Below, in pieces: positions 1-12,344 of a stretch of DNA of 64,000 bases (the first letter of the stretch is position 1; each line of letters begins with the position of its first letter). The DNA lies in the NCBI RefSeq assembly GCF_009914755.1, contig NC_060930.1; one strand, 5' to 3'. Under the pieces are notes generated by a model, which saw only the letters and a program-made list of their open reading frames with translations, searched no databases and was not told where the DNA came from. The position numbers were made by a program, and so were the translations under genes. Source of the stretch: the human T2T-CHM13v2.0 reference genome, Homo sapiens.

Positions 1-384
1 TCTGGAAAGTAGGAAGCCCTGCTTTCCAATATGTGCACTGATGAATGTCGGTTCTTGGAAATTATCACAGTCTCAGATAATTATAGGAGTCCTCTCTTGG
101 CCCCTTTGTTCATCTGAAAAGCAGAGCTTAGTGGTAACTTCCAGGGCCCAAGTGGCTCCCAACATGCTCACAGGCACATGCTCCCTAGCTCTAGGCCACA
201 CGAAAGAAGGACAAAGTAGCCCACAGAGGTGTAAATTGAGAAATCAGAGTATGATTTCTCACTTTACACATTTATGGGTTATGTATTAGTAAGATCTTCT
301 TACTAATAAGATCTTCTTTTAGGTCTCCTGTTAATGTTTAGGCCACCTACATATTTAAGAAGATAAGAGATCTAGATTTAGAAC

Positions 385-490
385 CACAGAGCTGGAGGGA
401 AACTTAGAGATTATAAAGTCCAACACCTTATTTTAAACAAGGTAACTGAGGCCCAAATAAATTAGGTGTCTGCTCAAGGCCACAGCAAAG
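385..490 (-). mobile_element. MIR fragment
   Basis: Degenerate reverse-complement MIR core (aactgaggccca...ctcaaggccacagc). Confidence 0.5.
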
Positions 491-736
491 ACATCTAGTG
501 ATGGCTCTTTTTTTTTGTTTTCTCCATATAGTTAACATTTCCTATCTTGGGGACCTGATCCACAAGATTCCACAAAAGAGGGAAGATATTCTATTTAAAA
601 CCCATCAGCGAGCCAAACAACCCCCCAACCTGACTGAAACTCCTTGTTTATGTGTGAATGGGAACATAATGCCTGTGTTTCCATGGTCTTCTTTCTGCTT
701 ACAGAGACTGGAGGTGGGAATATGGGCAGGAAGTGA

Positions 737-1050
<314 letters not shown>

Positions 1051-1718
1051 TGCCTCAGAATTTGTATGTGCATCATCAGCATCATGTAAGGCATGGAATT
1101 CTCTACCAAGAGCCTTTATTATAACTTGAGGATCAGTGAACAATATGTAAGTATAGATAGCAAGCAGGTTAAGTTTCCAAATGATTTTGAGATCCTGTTT
1201 TGCGACTTTTATTTATAGCTTCCGTTCATGTATTAGAACATTGCTATAACATTCCTAACACTGCTATACAGTTTTGCATTTATACAGCTCAACTGGATCT
1301 TTACTTATTCTTTATAAATAGGAACACATAATTGGCAACAGATTAGCACTTATGGTAACTATAGTAATAATTCAATAAAATCAGTAGAAAGTATGCATCT
1401 ATACATTTTAAAAGGTCAAAATAAGAGTTGGTGTTCAACAGCAGGCCTCCCTCCAGCATTCCCTGTCCTCAACTGTGCCTTCACTGTCCTCAACAACTTG
1501 GGCCTGGGCACCTCTGGCTGCTCCTCCTCTACCCCAGATCACTCACTTGGGTGGCCGAGGTCCGGCCTCGGGAGCCTTGCTTGCCCAGGTGACACAGTCC
1601 TTGTGAGGACAAGCCACTCTCTCCACTCACCAGGAAGAACATGCGCTGCTGGAGCTCCTTCCCCGAGAGCTTGCTGAGGCTGCCCAGACGGATGAACTCC
1701 TGCAGGGGAGACAGAACG

Positions 1719-1824
1719 GAGGGCTGGCTGCGAGCGTGCAGACCCCGAGGGCTGACGGCCAGTGTGCAGACCCCGAGGGCTGACTTTGTAGCCCCTGAGG
1801 GCTGACTGCGAGTGTGCAGACCCC
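1719..1824 (+). repeat. GC-rich minisatellite, ~28-bp unit gagggctgactgcgagtgtgcagacccc, 4 copies (one shortened)
   Basis: Units at 1719-1746, 1747-1774, 1775-1796, 1797-1824. Confidence 0.9.
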
Positions 1825-2384
1825 AAGAACGGATTGCTAGCCTGCAAACCTACTGGCTTCCTCCCACCTGGGTCCCTTGCATGGTGGAAGTTACAGCATT
1901 CAGCTGCGATTCATTGCACGCTTGCTCTGCCCCAGGTGCTGTGCTAAACCCTCTCTAGGGATCACCTGTCTCCTTCCCAGGAAGGTACAGTGCGGGTACC
2001 ACCAGCAGCTCCCCCAACAAAGGATAGTGACAGTCGGATTCAAGAGTGCCCGGGCCTCTCTGAGGACCATATGTGTAACCCCAGGATCCCCAGGGCTCCC
2101 CACAGTGAGGGAGATCAGAAGGACCCCAAGCAGTTCTCAAAGAAGAGGCTATAAAAAGTGGCAGTAAGGGACCCTTGAGGACCGAGAGGCCACATGGGAG
2201 CACTGTGGCTGGAGGAAGCTTCTCCGTGATTGAAAACCCCCTTCTCAATGAGCAGTAACTGCGTTGAGGATAAAGGAGTGAGAGGCAGATGTTTCCAAGG
2301 CACCTCTTTATCCCGAGTGACATCCTCCCTGGGGCTGTACACTCTTGAGGGCATGGATTGCAGGGGCACAAGCACTTAAAAACA

Positions 2385-2500
2385 AAAAATGATCATTTTT
2401 AAATTGTGGTAGAATCCACAAAACACTGAGCATGTGTGGCCTTCGTGGATTCACAAGGTAGCCCCATCATCGCCACCATCTACTTCCAGAACGTGCTCCC
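2385..2500 (-). mobile_element. Old L1M 3'-end fragment carried inside the retrocopy
   Basis: tttttaaattgtggtagaa...ccatcatcgccaccatctacttccagaac resembles the antisense L1MB/ME 3' end. Confidence 0.5.
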
Positions 2501-2698
2501 TCAGGCGCCTCCGATCCCACCTTCCCATTCTGCTCAGGGTTGACTTGAAACAATGAGTGGATGTGAGGTGGCCTGATGAGTGAAAGAATCAGGGGATCAT
2601 CTGAGCTTAGGAAGGAGTACCCCAATTCCATCTTCACCTTTACTAATAACAATGGCCTCCTCTCTGGAGCAAATGGGATGTGCCTGGCGTGTCCTAAG

Positions 2699-3113
2699 TG
2701 TGGAGTCCTAATAAAGGAAAAGGAGCCAGGCTGGTGGGACAGAGAGAAAGCAAAAAGACAAAGCGGAGAAGCTATACAGGTCTGCCTTTCTTCATGGTCC
2801 AGGACACAGCCCTCCTGCACAGATAACTCACCATCTTCCTGCACCCAGCTATCACCAGACCCTTGGCTGATAGAAAAATGCAAGTGAGTTCGCTGCAACC
2901 GTGTCGTTATCACACTGCACAAAGCCCTCCTTGGCACACAGCACAGACACCACCCGGTAAAAATCCCCAGCAAGACTTTGTCTCCTTGCAGTCAGCTCCT
3001 CTCTTGCTGTTGCTTTCTTGCTGTTGCTTTCTGGCAATGTGTTTTCCTACTTCTCGAATAAGCCTGCCTTTCTTTATCTATAACTGTCTTAGTAAATAAT
3101 TCTTACTGCCTGC
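2699..3113 (+). mobile_element. LTR (LTR47-like) truncated at its polyadenylation site
   Basis: Starts tgtggagtcctaat...aaggagccaggctgg; runs directly into poly(A) with no LTR 3' terminus. Confidence 0.7.
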
Positions 3114-5276
3114 AAAAAAAAAAAAAGAAAAAAGTTGGTGTTCAAATCACCTATTATGCTGTCATTGTAATGTCACTATTTTCTATGCTTGCACACCTTG
3201 GGTTGTGCCCTGGAACAAAACGAAATAACCCAGAATTTGTTTCTTTGGAGTGTGTTCTTTTTTCACACTCTTTGTACCTCAAATGATCAGAAAATAACCA
3301 ATCGACATTTCTCAGGGAATAACTTTTTAAGGATGTGTTAGTGTCTCATAGAAGAATCATGATGCTAAAAACCTACCCTTCTTTTACACCTCTCTTTCTC
3401 ATACAAATAATGTAACTTTAAGTAAGTTGCTTTGAATACTGGTGCTTATTTTCCAAGTGCATCTAGTTCCTGTAAGCTGGCACCGGCTCATTTATTTTGT
3501 AGCCTTTCTTTTTCTAACTCTAACAATAAGACTAATAATAAATTTGAATAATAAAGTATTTTGGAAGACCCCAGAGAAATCGCTTTAGACTAGAGTAAAG
3601 GTAACTGCTTAATTGCTAATCTTAAAATAAGGTCCCTACTGTTGCTAAATTGTGAATAAACAGATTGCATATGTACCTTGGTTTTCAAAAATCAGCTTTA
3701 ATGAGTTTTTTTTTTTTGCAAAAACTATAATACTCTGACCAACTTCCTAAGAAATTATGTTGTTGGGTTAAAGACACATAAATATCCAGTTAGAAAGTCT
3801 CACAATAGATGTTTAAAAAAAATACACTATATATGCAAAACCATTCTAACTGCCATGAACACTTTTGTGAATACCACTGTCTAAGTACTTTTATTATTGA
3901 AGTGCCTCGACAGATTCATATTCATAAATAATTCATATACTCTCTCCCGCTCTCTGTTCATGTGTGCGTGTGCCCATTTGTGTATGTATACATGTATATA
4001 ACATTTTTTTCTATCGCAGGAGCCTATATGGAGAGGATAATTTGATCTGATATATTCTTGTTGCACAGTGATTAATTTATGAAGAAATCAATAAACCAAA
4101 AATAGTCTGCCTTGAACAGCTGTCTGAACAGATGGAAAAAATATGAGAGAACACTCTGCTGGTGGTTGTGGGGCTGAAGGGAAGGAGAAAGAATAGGGAA
4201 GCGAGACAGTCTCACCCTGGAAGAAATTTATATCTTGTTAATTCTAGTAGGCATTCTGTGATTCTTTCCTTACTACCTCCTATTTCCTCAAAGCAAACAA
4301 CTCTTTTAAACCCTCTTTCCTCTCTTCCTGAATTAGAATGTTTGTTATGATAAACCTGTATTTTTCAACTGTAGGTGTAAAAGCGCATCACAATAATTTA
4401 AAGCTATACAAGACACACTTATTTAAGACTTAGAAAGAAGGTTTTGGGTGCTGGTTGCTCCCTTATCTTCATAGTTTCTTTGTCTTCATTTAAAGAAGAA
4501 ATGTCGTTTCATGCTCTAGAGATGTCAGTGCAGGGGATGAGGTGGTGATAATGTGCATAAGGCACTATTGTACATTTCCAGCTTCTTGGTGAAATTGACT
4601 ATGATAGGGTTGAAATTCTCAGGATGCTTAGAATTTCATCTGACATAGACTTAATCCACAAGATGAAAACAAAGGTGGCTGCTGGGTGGAAAGGAAGTGA
4701 AGATGAGCGATAAAACACACTTAGGTTCAAGAATTATGATGGAGAATAAATTCACTTGCAAGATTTGGATTTATCTAAACTACTTGAAAATTTTGACCAG
4801 CAACTATTAGAAAGTACAATAGCTAGTCAATTTCCCCAGCTTTGGATCTTAATCTTTCATATGACAATGTATTGTGATAAGTGGGACTTGCAAGAAATGT
4901 GCTTCTATGTCTGGCTTATTGTATATTCATTACTTTTAAATAATTGGTGAAATGTACTTCTACCCCTCAACTGAAACACAGTAAATATATTCCACATTTG
5001 AAATGCAAGGGCCCACAGGAGTTCAAAGAAAACAAATTCTGGATCATTTCTAAAAGGTGATAATAACAACATTATGTGGTCATTAAAGTCATTTGTAAAT
5101 ATAAGTATGATAAATGCAACAGCTGCCTGCTTGAACTTAGGACTGTTGGATTTTATTAATGAGGAAAGTGGTTCACTGCAGCACTTAGAAGAATGTAGGC
5201 TCTGCTTGATTGTGACCTCTTAATTGATCAGCAAACCTAGAAAAGTTAATCTACATAGTATCTTCTTACATAATTA

Positions 5277-5581
5277 TTTATTTTATTTTATTTTATTTTT
5301 GAGATGGAATTTCACTCTGTCATCCAGGCAGGAGTTCAGTGACACGATCTTGGCTCACTGCAACCTCCGCCTCCTGGGTTCAAGTGATTCTCCTGCCTCA
5401 GCCTCCCGAGTAACTGGGATTACAGGCGTGTGCCACCACACCCAGCTAATTTTTGTAGTTTTAGTAGAGACGAGGTTTCACCATGTTGACCAGGCTGGTC
5501 TTGAACTCCTGATCTCAGGTGATCCACCCACCTCAGCCTCCCAAAGTGTGGGATTATAGGTGTAAGCCACCGCTCCCGGCT
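5277..5581 (-). mobile_element. AluS
   Basis: (TTTTA)n tail, full dimer, partial TSD ttacataat. Confidence 0.95.
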
Positions 5582-6639
5582 TTTTACATAATAATTTTAA
5601 AACTACTTACTTGCTTCCCAAATTAAGTCACTGATTATTGACTTCGATATATAACAGGATGTGGAATCATTTAAATGACTTCCATTAGGTATCATTAGCA
5701 GCATATGGAGTGCTTGAGTTCATCCAGAAACATTATCCTCTAAAGAGTGTCTTGATGCCATAGCTGCTAGAGTACACTTCCAAATGATATTCAGACTTGT
5801 TTTTTTTCTGATGTATTTGTCACTTTATTCACATGAGTGCATCATTTTTCATGGTATTACTATAGTAATTTCATATAATAGTTTGGCTCAAGCTTTATTG
5901 TAACTTGCATGTAATAATATAACTTATAGAACATTATAACACAGTAAAAATTGTAGACATTGCACTTGAGAATAATTAAAATCAATGGAAAGTATGAGTC
6001 TGGATTTTGCGTATTTTGGAAGGCCCTAGAAAAAAAGGTGTTCTATTTTTTTCATAGTCAGAAAGCCAAATCAATTCCTAACCTACACGTTAGAATCTGC
6101 AGTGCTAACAACTCCAGAATACTGACGGTGCTGAGAACAAAGACCACAGCATGTATTCACAGATAGGAATGGAGGGGCTGAGTGTCTTGTCCTTGAACAA
6201 CTGGATACTTTCGGTCCCCCTGGGTCCACAATATGAAGTTGTCCTTGGTCTTGTTTTAGGTTATCCCATTCAGTCCCTGTGTGCTGAGGCAAGTGGATGA
6301 AAAGATGATGGGTTAAGTCCTTTCTTGGAATCATCACTATTCTTGTACTTCCATTCCAAACTTGAGCAATGAGGACCTCACGAGAATGGAGGAAGCCATA
6401 TTGCATTAGGAAAATTAAATGGTTTTACTTTAATAGGATATTACAACTGCAAATTGTATTGCTTTATTCAGTTGGCAAATGCTTTGCTCACTGTGAAAAC
6501 AAGAAGGGTGTATAGACACCTTAATTAGAACCGTGTATCCCTTCAGTATTGAAGGTCATGCCAGCTCTCAGCTCTGTGTTGGCCTTAGAACCTGCTCTGC
6601 CACAGGAAGTGCTTACTGTGGCTCTGAGACACAGGCTCT

Positions 6640-6835
6640 CCTGAGTGCTCTGTGCCAATTCAGTCCTCACAGCAGTCTTAGGATGATGTGCTGTTGTGAT
6701 CCCTGTTACACATATGGGAAAACTGAGGCACAGAGGAGTAATGTCCTTGCCAAAAGCCATGTTGCCAGCAAGAATTGAAGCCAGGTTTGGACCCAGGCTG
6801 TCAGGCTCCACAGTTCAGATTCTTAATTCCTTACA
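6640..6835 (-). mobile_element. MIR
   Basis: gggaaaactgaggcacagag core. Confidence 0.8.
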
Positions 6836-7534
6836 ACACTGTGCAGTCTCTCGTGTACCCAATTAGTCCCATAAGATTAAAACAAACATAAAGGCTTTTC
6901 ACATGAAACACAAGAGAGAATTGATGTCAAATCCACTCTGATACTAAAATTGTAAGGTTAATAAGAAGCACTTAGAATGGTACAGAATCTTCTGAGAAAT
7001 GCCACAGCCCCCGTTCCCAGTCACATTCTCTACAGATGACACTCTCCTGTTCCTGCGATGGCCCCCAGACATGGTCTTTTCAGATACTCAGTGTGTCCAA
7101 CTGAAATCTCCAACCTTTCATCTTAAAACAGTTCTCATCATGAAGAAATGGGCAATGGTTTCTAAGGGGCTCATGTTCCAGCTCCAGTTACATTTTTAAT
7201 TTTAATTAAAAAAATTCAAGTGGTAATTCAAGTAGGCCAAAAAACAAAAGCTTTGGAACAGTATGTGCCTTTTTTCTCCTCCTATTTTTGCCCCTCTGCC
7301 AAGTTCACATCCTCGCCTGCCCAATCACTGTGGTTAGTTGCAATATATTTTCTTTCAGAGCTTTTTGTATGCACATCCAAGCAACTGATTGTTACTGTAT
7401 GTCAATTTAAAAAATAAAAGGTAGCAAATAAAAAGACTACTAAATTTTGCTGTTTTCACTTACAGTAAATATTGAGTAGTTTTTTCCATGTTAGTATATG
7501 TAAACTTTCCTTCTTAAAATTGTAATATGTATCT

Positions 7535-7683
7535 TGTTCGTTTGTTTGTAGAGACATCACCCAGGCTGGAGTGCAGTGGTGCAATCATAGCTTCCTGTAA
7601 CCTCAAACTCCTGGGCTCAAGTGAGCTTCCACCTCAGCCTCCTGAGTAGCTGAAATTACAGGCCTGAGCCAGCATGTCTGGGT
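7535..7683 (-). mobile_element. Free right Alu monomer (FRAM/FAM-like)
   Basis: Single right-arm monomer; degenerate TSD aaaatt(g/a)taat. Confidence 0.8.
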
Positions 7684-7952
7684 AAAAATTATAATGTCTG
7701 TCTCTCTGTCTAGCTATACATTCATACAGCTTCCCAGTATTCTATTGTATGGAAATACAGTACCTTAATTTCTTTATTTAACATTTGCATTGCTTCTAAC
7801 TTTTGTGTTACAAATAATAGTGAATAAATAATCTTGTACATCTATCATTTTGAAGGTGTACAAATACATCTGTAGGATAAATTCCAAAAGTGAAGTTGCT
7901 GGATCAAACACATATGCATTTTAAGTTTTGACAAATACTGCCAAATTGATAC

Positions 7953-8455
7953 TGTATGAGACCAAAAATAACTTTTTTTCTGTTTTTTTTTTCCTACCCA
8001 TTTTATGTTCATGGCTGAGGTCCCTATTACAAAAGACAGATTAACAAGAGAAAAGCATACAAGTTCATTTAATTTAAGTTTTAGGAGACACTAGAGCTTT
8101 CATAAAGATATGAAGACCCAAAGAAGGTAAACCTGAGTATCTTTATGCTAGGCTTGATGAAGAATGGACAGTTGTGGAGAAATATGATAAGGTAAAAAAT
8201 AATATGATCTATTGATAATAAAGTGGGGAAATGTAGAAAGGCCTTTCTGTTCCTTTGTCTTTGGAGAAAGGGATGTTTCTTTCCTTTGGGTAGAGGGATG
8301 GCACCTCTCACATGAGAATCTTATGACCTGCTTTAGGGGAGAGGGGTAGGGGGAAGGTCAGAGTGACCTCCCTGCGTCTGCTGTTTTATCAAATTCATTC
8401 AGCTTAAAATATTCAACACCAAGATGCCATATTTTGGGATGGCATGTCCAGAAAA
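7953..8455 (-). mobile_element. MER34-group solo LTR (ERV1)
   Basis: Reverse complement of the MER34-type start (cagcttaaaatattcaa...gccatattttggg). Confidence 0.7.
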
Positions 8456-9384
8456 TTATTACTCTTCATGGGGACTGCACAAATTTGCATGTCCGTCTAC
8501 CTCTGATGGATGAGTGACTGTTTCCCCACCTCTCACCATGCAGGGTATATTACTAAACATTTATATTTTTGCCAATATCTTAAATAAAAATTGATGTATC
8601 AATTTAGGTTGCTCATCTTTTCATGTTAACGGCTATTTGCATTTCCTTTTTTGTGAACAATCTGTTCAGATTTGTTGCCTATTTTTCCATTAGATTGATT
8701 TTTTTTCCCTTCTCAGTTTGTGGGAACTCTTTGTATGTTAGCAAGATTAGCTTTGTATGTTACATAAGTGGCAGATACTTTTCTCAATTTATTTGTCTTT
8801 TGACTTTGCTTATTATTATTTTGCTACATAATATGGATATATTATTTCTGTATGTGTAAAATTTATCAATGTTTTATTTCATGGCACTATGGACTTATTT
8901 TAATGTAAAGCTTAAAAATGTGAAAATAAAGTACCTATGCAGAATACACATAAAAATCATGGATCTTAACCTGCTTCAATACATGATATATTTTCCCCAA
9001 AGAAATTGATTTCTGCACAGTGTGTGACTTGAAACTGCCAAGAAGGTTAATGCCCTAGGCCCTGGCTACAAAGTAGAATTTAAGCCTGTGGAGTTATATA
9101 GCTGAAGGATATTCATCATGGATTTTTGGAAGGTGCCCCCTTTCCCTGGGAGCCACTCTGCATTCTGGCTAAGCTGTCAGCCAAATGTTCATTTTGGGGA
9201 GCAAGAGTTTTAGGAGAAAAAAATAATAGGCATCTTTGAGAGGAATCTGCCAGCAGAAATTGAATTGTATTTTCTTTAACCTTTGTGAGAGATTTCAAGT
9301 AGACAAGTTTTATTATTGAGAATCCAGGATTTCTCTCCAGATAATAATAACAAGTATAAAAAAATGCTTTGCACACATTTAAAA

Positions 9385-9550
9385 TTTAATTCTCACAATA
9401 ACTTTATGAGGTAAGTTCATTAGAATCTTCATTCTGTAGACAATATGAGGCTTGGAAATGTTAAGTAACTTACCCAAGGTCATACAGCTAGTGAGGAACA
9501 AAGTTGAGAGTAAAAATCAAATCTCATCTCATTCCTAAAACCATGCTCTA
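9385..9550 (-). mobile_element. MIR
   Basis: gttaagtaacttacccaaggtcatacagctagt. Confidence 0.8.
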
Positions 9551-9769
9551 AAGGACAATCTCAGCTGCCTCTTTAGTTATAAAAGGTCCAGCCTAATTTT
9601 GCAAGACCCACTTGCCTTCAACTAGGCACACAATTTAGTTTTGAGAAGAAAGCATAAATATTTCTGGATCCTCCAGTGATAACAAAATTCCCTGAGGTTT
9701 TTTTTTTTTCTTCACTGGCTTTCAAATAGTAATACAAATAGTTGCTGTGGAAGAAACATATCCAAATCT

Positions 9770-9890
9770 CAGTCACTGTGAGCTGCTTGAAATCAGCTGC
9801 ATCTTTATTCATCTTTGTGTCCCAACACCTAGCACAATGCCTGGCATATATAGCCAATAATGCCTGCAGAATGCATATATAAATGAATAA
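9770..9890 (+). mobile_element. L2 3' end
   Basis: cctagcacaatgcctggcata...aatgaataaa. Confidence 0.75.
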
Positions 9891-10069
9891 ATCCTCCCCT
9901 TATTACCTTCCTACTGTTCTAACTGACTTAGTTTTTAATTTTATTTTCCACTAGGAAGTACATTTGCATGGTTCAAAATTCAAAGCACAAGAGGGTATGC
10001 AGTAAAAAGTCTGCCCCCACCGGCCCCGCTGCATCTTCTAGCTACCCAGATCTTTTCTCCTTAGGTAAT

Positions 10070-10125
10070 CATATTATTGGTTTCTTGTGTATTCTTCCAT
10101 ATTATTGGTTTCTTGTGTATTCTTC
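10070..10125. repeat. Perfect 28-bp tandem duplication
   Basis: catattattggtttcttgtgtattcttc x2. Confidence 0.95.
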
Positions 10126-10693
10126 GAACATATTTAAGCAAAAATCAATATATATCCCATTAGACACAATTTAGTTATTTAAAAACACATATATATTTAT
10201 TATAAAGTTGCAAAGCTTGTTAATAAAAATATGAATCATGTTGAGAAGTAAAAAGGGAAAGAAAACTCTAGTATTGAAACAATCCATTGGGAGCATTTTA
10301 GGAGTATTTTCTTCCATCTTATGGAATTATGAGGTACCCTTTGATTACTCTTTTCATTGCTTTTCCCTAACTCGAAGTCAAATTCAGATGTTAACAAGGA
10401 ATGACTAAACATCACACTCTGGCAAGGTTTCAACTGGGTTGCTTTTAACTTTGGCCACTGCAGGAGAGGGAGCATCTTCTGGCAAGATGCAGGGCAACTA
10501 GGAAACAGTGACTTCTAGGGCCTGAAGAGAACACAGATGACACTGCTAAGGATTTTGCAGCAGGCATCTTGAGTGGATCTTTTTGCAGAATCTATTAGCA
10601 TCTGCAGATATTGAGTCTGGAGGAGATAAATTTGAACAGTTTGATGCAGATACTGAGAACACCATATAGTTAGCCTGTCAGTTTTCCATCTCA

Positions 10694-10868
10694 TGTATGT
10701 ATGTATGTATGTATGTATGTATGTATGTATTTATTTATTTATTTATTTGTATAGAGACAAGGTTTCACTGTATTGCCTAGGCTGGACTTGAGCTCCTGGG
10801 CTCAGACGATCCTTCCGCCTGAGCCTCCTGAGTAGCTGGGACTGCAGGCACAGGCCAACATGCCTAGC
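10694..10868 (-). mobile_element. FLAM Alu monomer whose tail became (TATG)n(TATT)n
   Basis: Single monomer; TSD ttagcctgt(c/t)agtttt at 10670-10685 and 10869-10884. Confidence 0.85.
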
Positions 10869-11899
10869 TTAGCCTGTTAGTTTTGATAAAAGAAAATTCT
10901 GAGTCTAGGCAGAAGTGCATTTGTCAGTGGGGATACATGCTAGTGTGGAATGGAGAGGTGGGTCAGGGGTGAAGTTTGCACAATGACAGAAGCAGAGAAT
11001 GCTGACGAAAATGGCATCCTTATCTTGTTTTATTCAAGCTAAGGGATACTTCAAGCTATGGGCTTTAGTAGTACTCTAGCAAAGAGATTGGTACTTTACA
11101 TCTATGTAAATATGTTGGAATACTAGGTGCAATTACCGCGTGTGTGTCTGTATTTTGTGAATGTGTGTGTCTGTGTATATTTATATCCCCACATACAGAC
11201 TTTTTAGTACACTTAATATTTTCCATTACAAGTAGGGTTCAAGAAATTCTCAACTCATAAATTTTTTTTAAAGATCTGGATTAAAAACCCATTCATATGT
11301 GGTTCAGAAAAGTGTCTGATCATGGGAATTTAAGCACAATTTTGACAATGTGGGCCCAAAGTGGACACAGCAGGTAAGCAGTATCCCATATAAATTGGTG
11401 ATGAAGACAGTACAGCACTGTCTAGGAGTGCCACAAACCACACAGGCATTTATTCTCCAAGGTTTTGTCTGGTAAGTTTTCTTTCTTAACTTTCAGCTTC
11501 AATGAATTGAGACTAATATGTTCAGCAAAAGGAGTTAAGACATTCTCCTTATTGGAAATCAAGTGTAGAAAATACCCATGTAGTAAATTCACAAGAAGAA
11601 TGTTACAGAGTAATTGCTTTCAATCTCCTAACCCTTCCCCTGCTCCCCTTGGTGCCTCTGTCTGCCACGTTAACCCATTAGCAAAGTGGTAAAGGCTGGG
11701 ACGCCAGGACCTTACAAAGGCTCTGGCATGCCGAAAGTGCTTGATAAATATTTGTTGAGTGAACATTGTATACATTTGCATTTTTAAAGAAATAGGACAG
11801 TGAAGATGAAATACAGCCATCTTTCCAGTGACCTGACATAAATAATGGTCTTTCTAGTTCATCATCACCATCCTTCATTACTGGTCCTTTGGTCCTTTG

Positions 11900-12330
11900 A
11901 AATGATGTCTTTTGGGGCTTCTGGCTTAACCATTTTCAATTACTTCAAACTGTTCTAATTACCTCTGGCAGATTAGTATTTATAAGGAATAGATTTAATC
12001 ACATTACCACCTGCATAAAAAGGTACTCTTTACCTTGGCATTCAAGGCTTCCCTGTCTCCATTGGTTCTGTTTTCCCACTGTATGCCAGACTCATATATT
12101 ATAGTCAAATTAGGCTGGACATCTCTCCATTTCTCAAGTACATATCACACTTTCCTACATCCATACCTGCTGTTGTCTGTACATGCCTAGTGAAATGCCA
12201 TCGTCTCTACCATATGAAATCTATCAATCCATTTATGATATCTCTCATCATAACTATCACTCTCCCCATCATATGTGATCTCTTCCTCTTCTGCCTGATA
12301 TTACAACTTCTTATATACTCATTTCATTCT
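11900..12330 (+). mobile_element. L2 fragments
   Basis: taccttggcattcaaggctt and other L2-like motifs. Confidence 0.5.
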
Positions 12331-12344
12331 TCCATGTTTTCTTT

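Larger units (their letters stand above)
1439..3132 (+). pseudogene. Processed retrocopy (or orphan L1 transduction) of an apparently non-coding GC-rich transcript
   Basis: Exact TSD agttggtgttcaa at 1426-1438 and 3133-3145; poly(A) 3114-3132; AGTAAA at 3091-3096; GC content well above flanks. Confidence 0.85.
7290..8900 (-). mobile_element. Old L1ME fragments interrupted by an Alu monomer and a MER34-like LTR
   Basis: Typical antisense L1M 3' motifs (ataaattccaaaagtgaagttgctggatcaa; gctatttgcatttccttttttgtgaa). Confidence 0.6.

Noticed and set aside
284-318. 10-bp inverted repeat with overlapping 12-bp direct repeat
   Set aside because: Small AT-rich micro-duplication; no evidence of function.
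1719-1824. CRISPR-like or SVA interpretation of the repeats
   Set aside because: Eukaryotic DNA, no spacers; no SVA hexamer, Alu-like or SINE-R parts.
2467-2973. ORFs within the retrocopy (168 aa minus, 103 aa plus)
   Set aside because: Run through LTR sequence; no recognisable protein.
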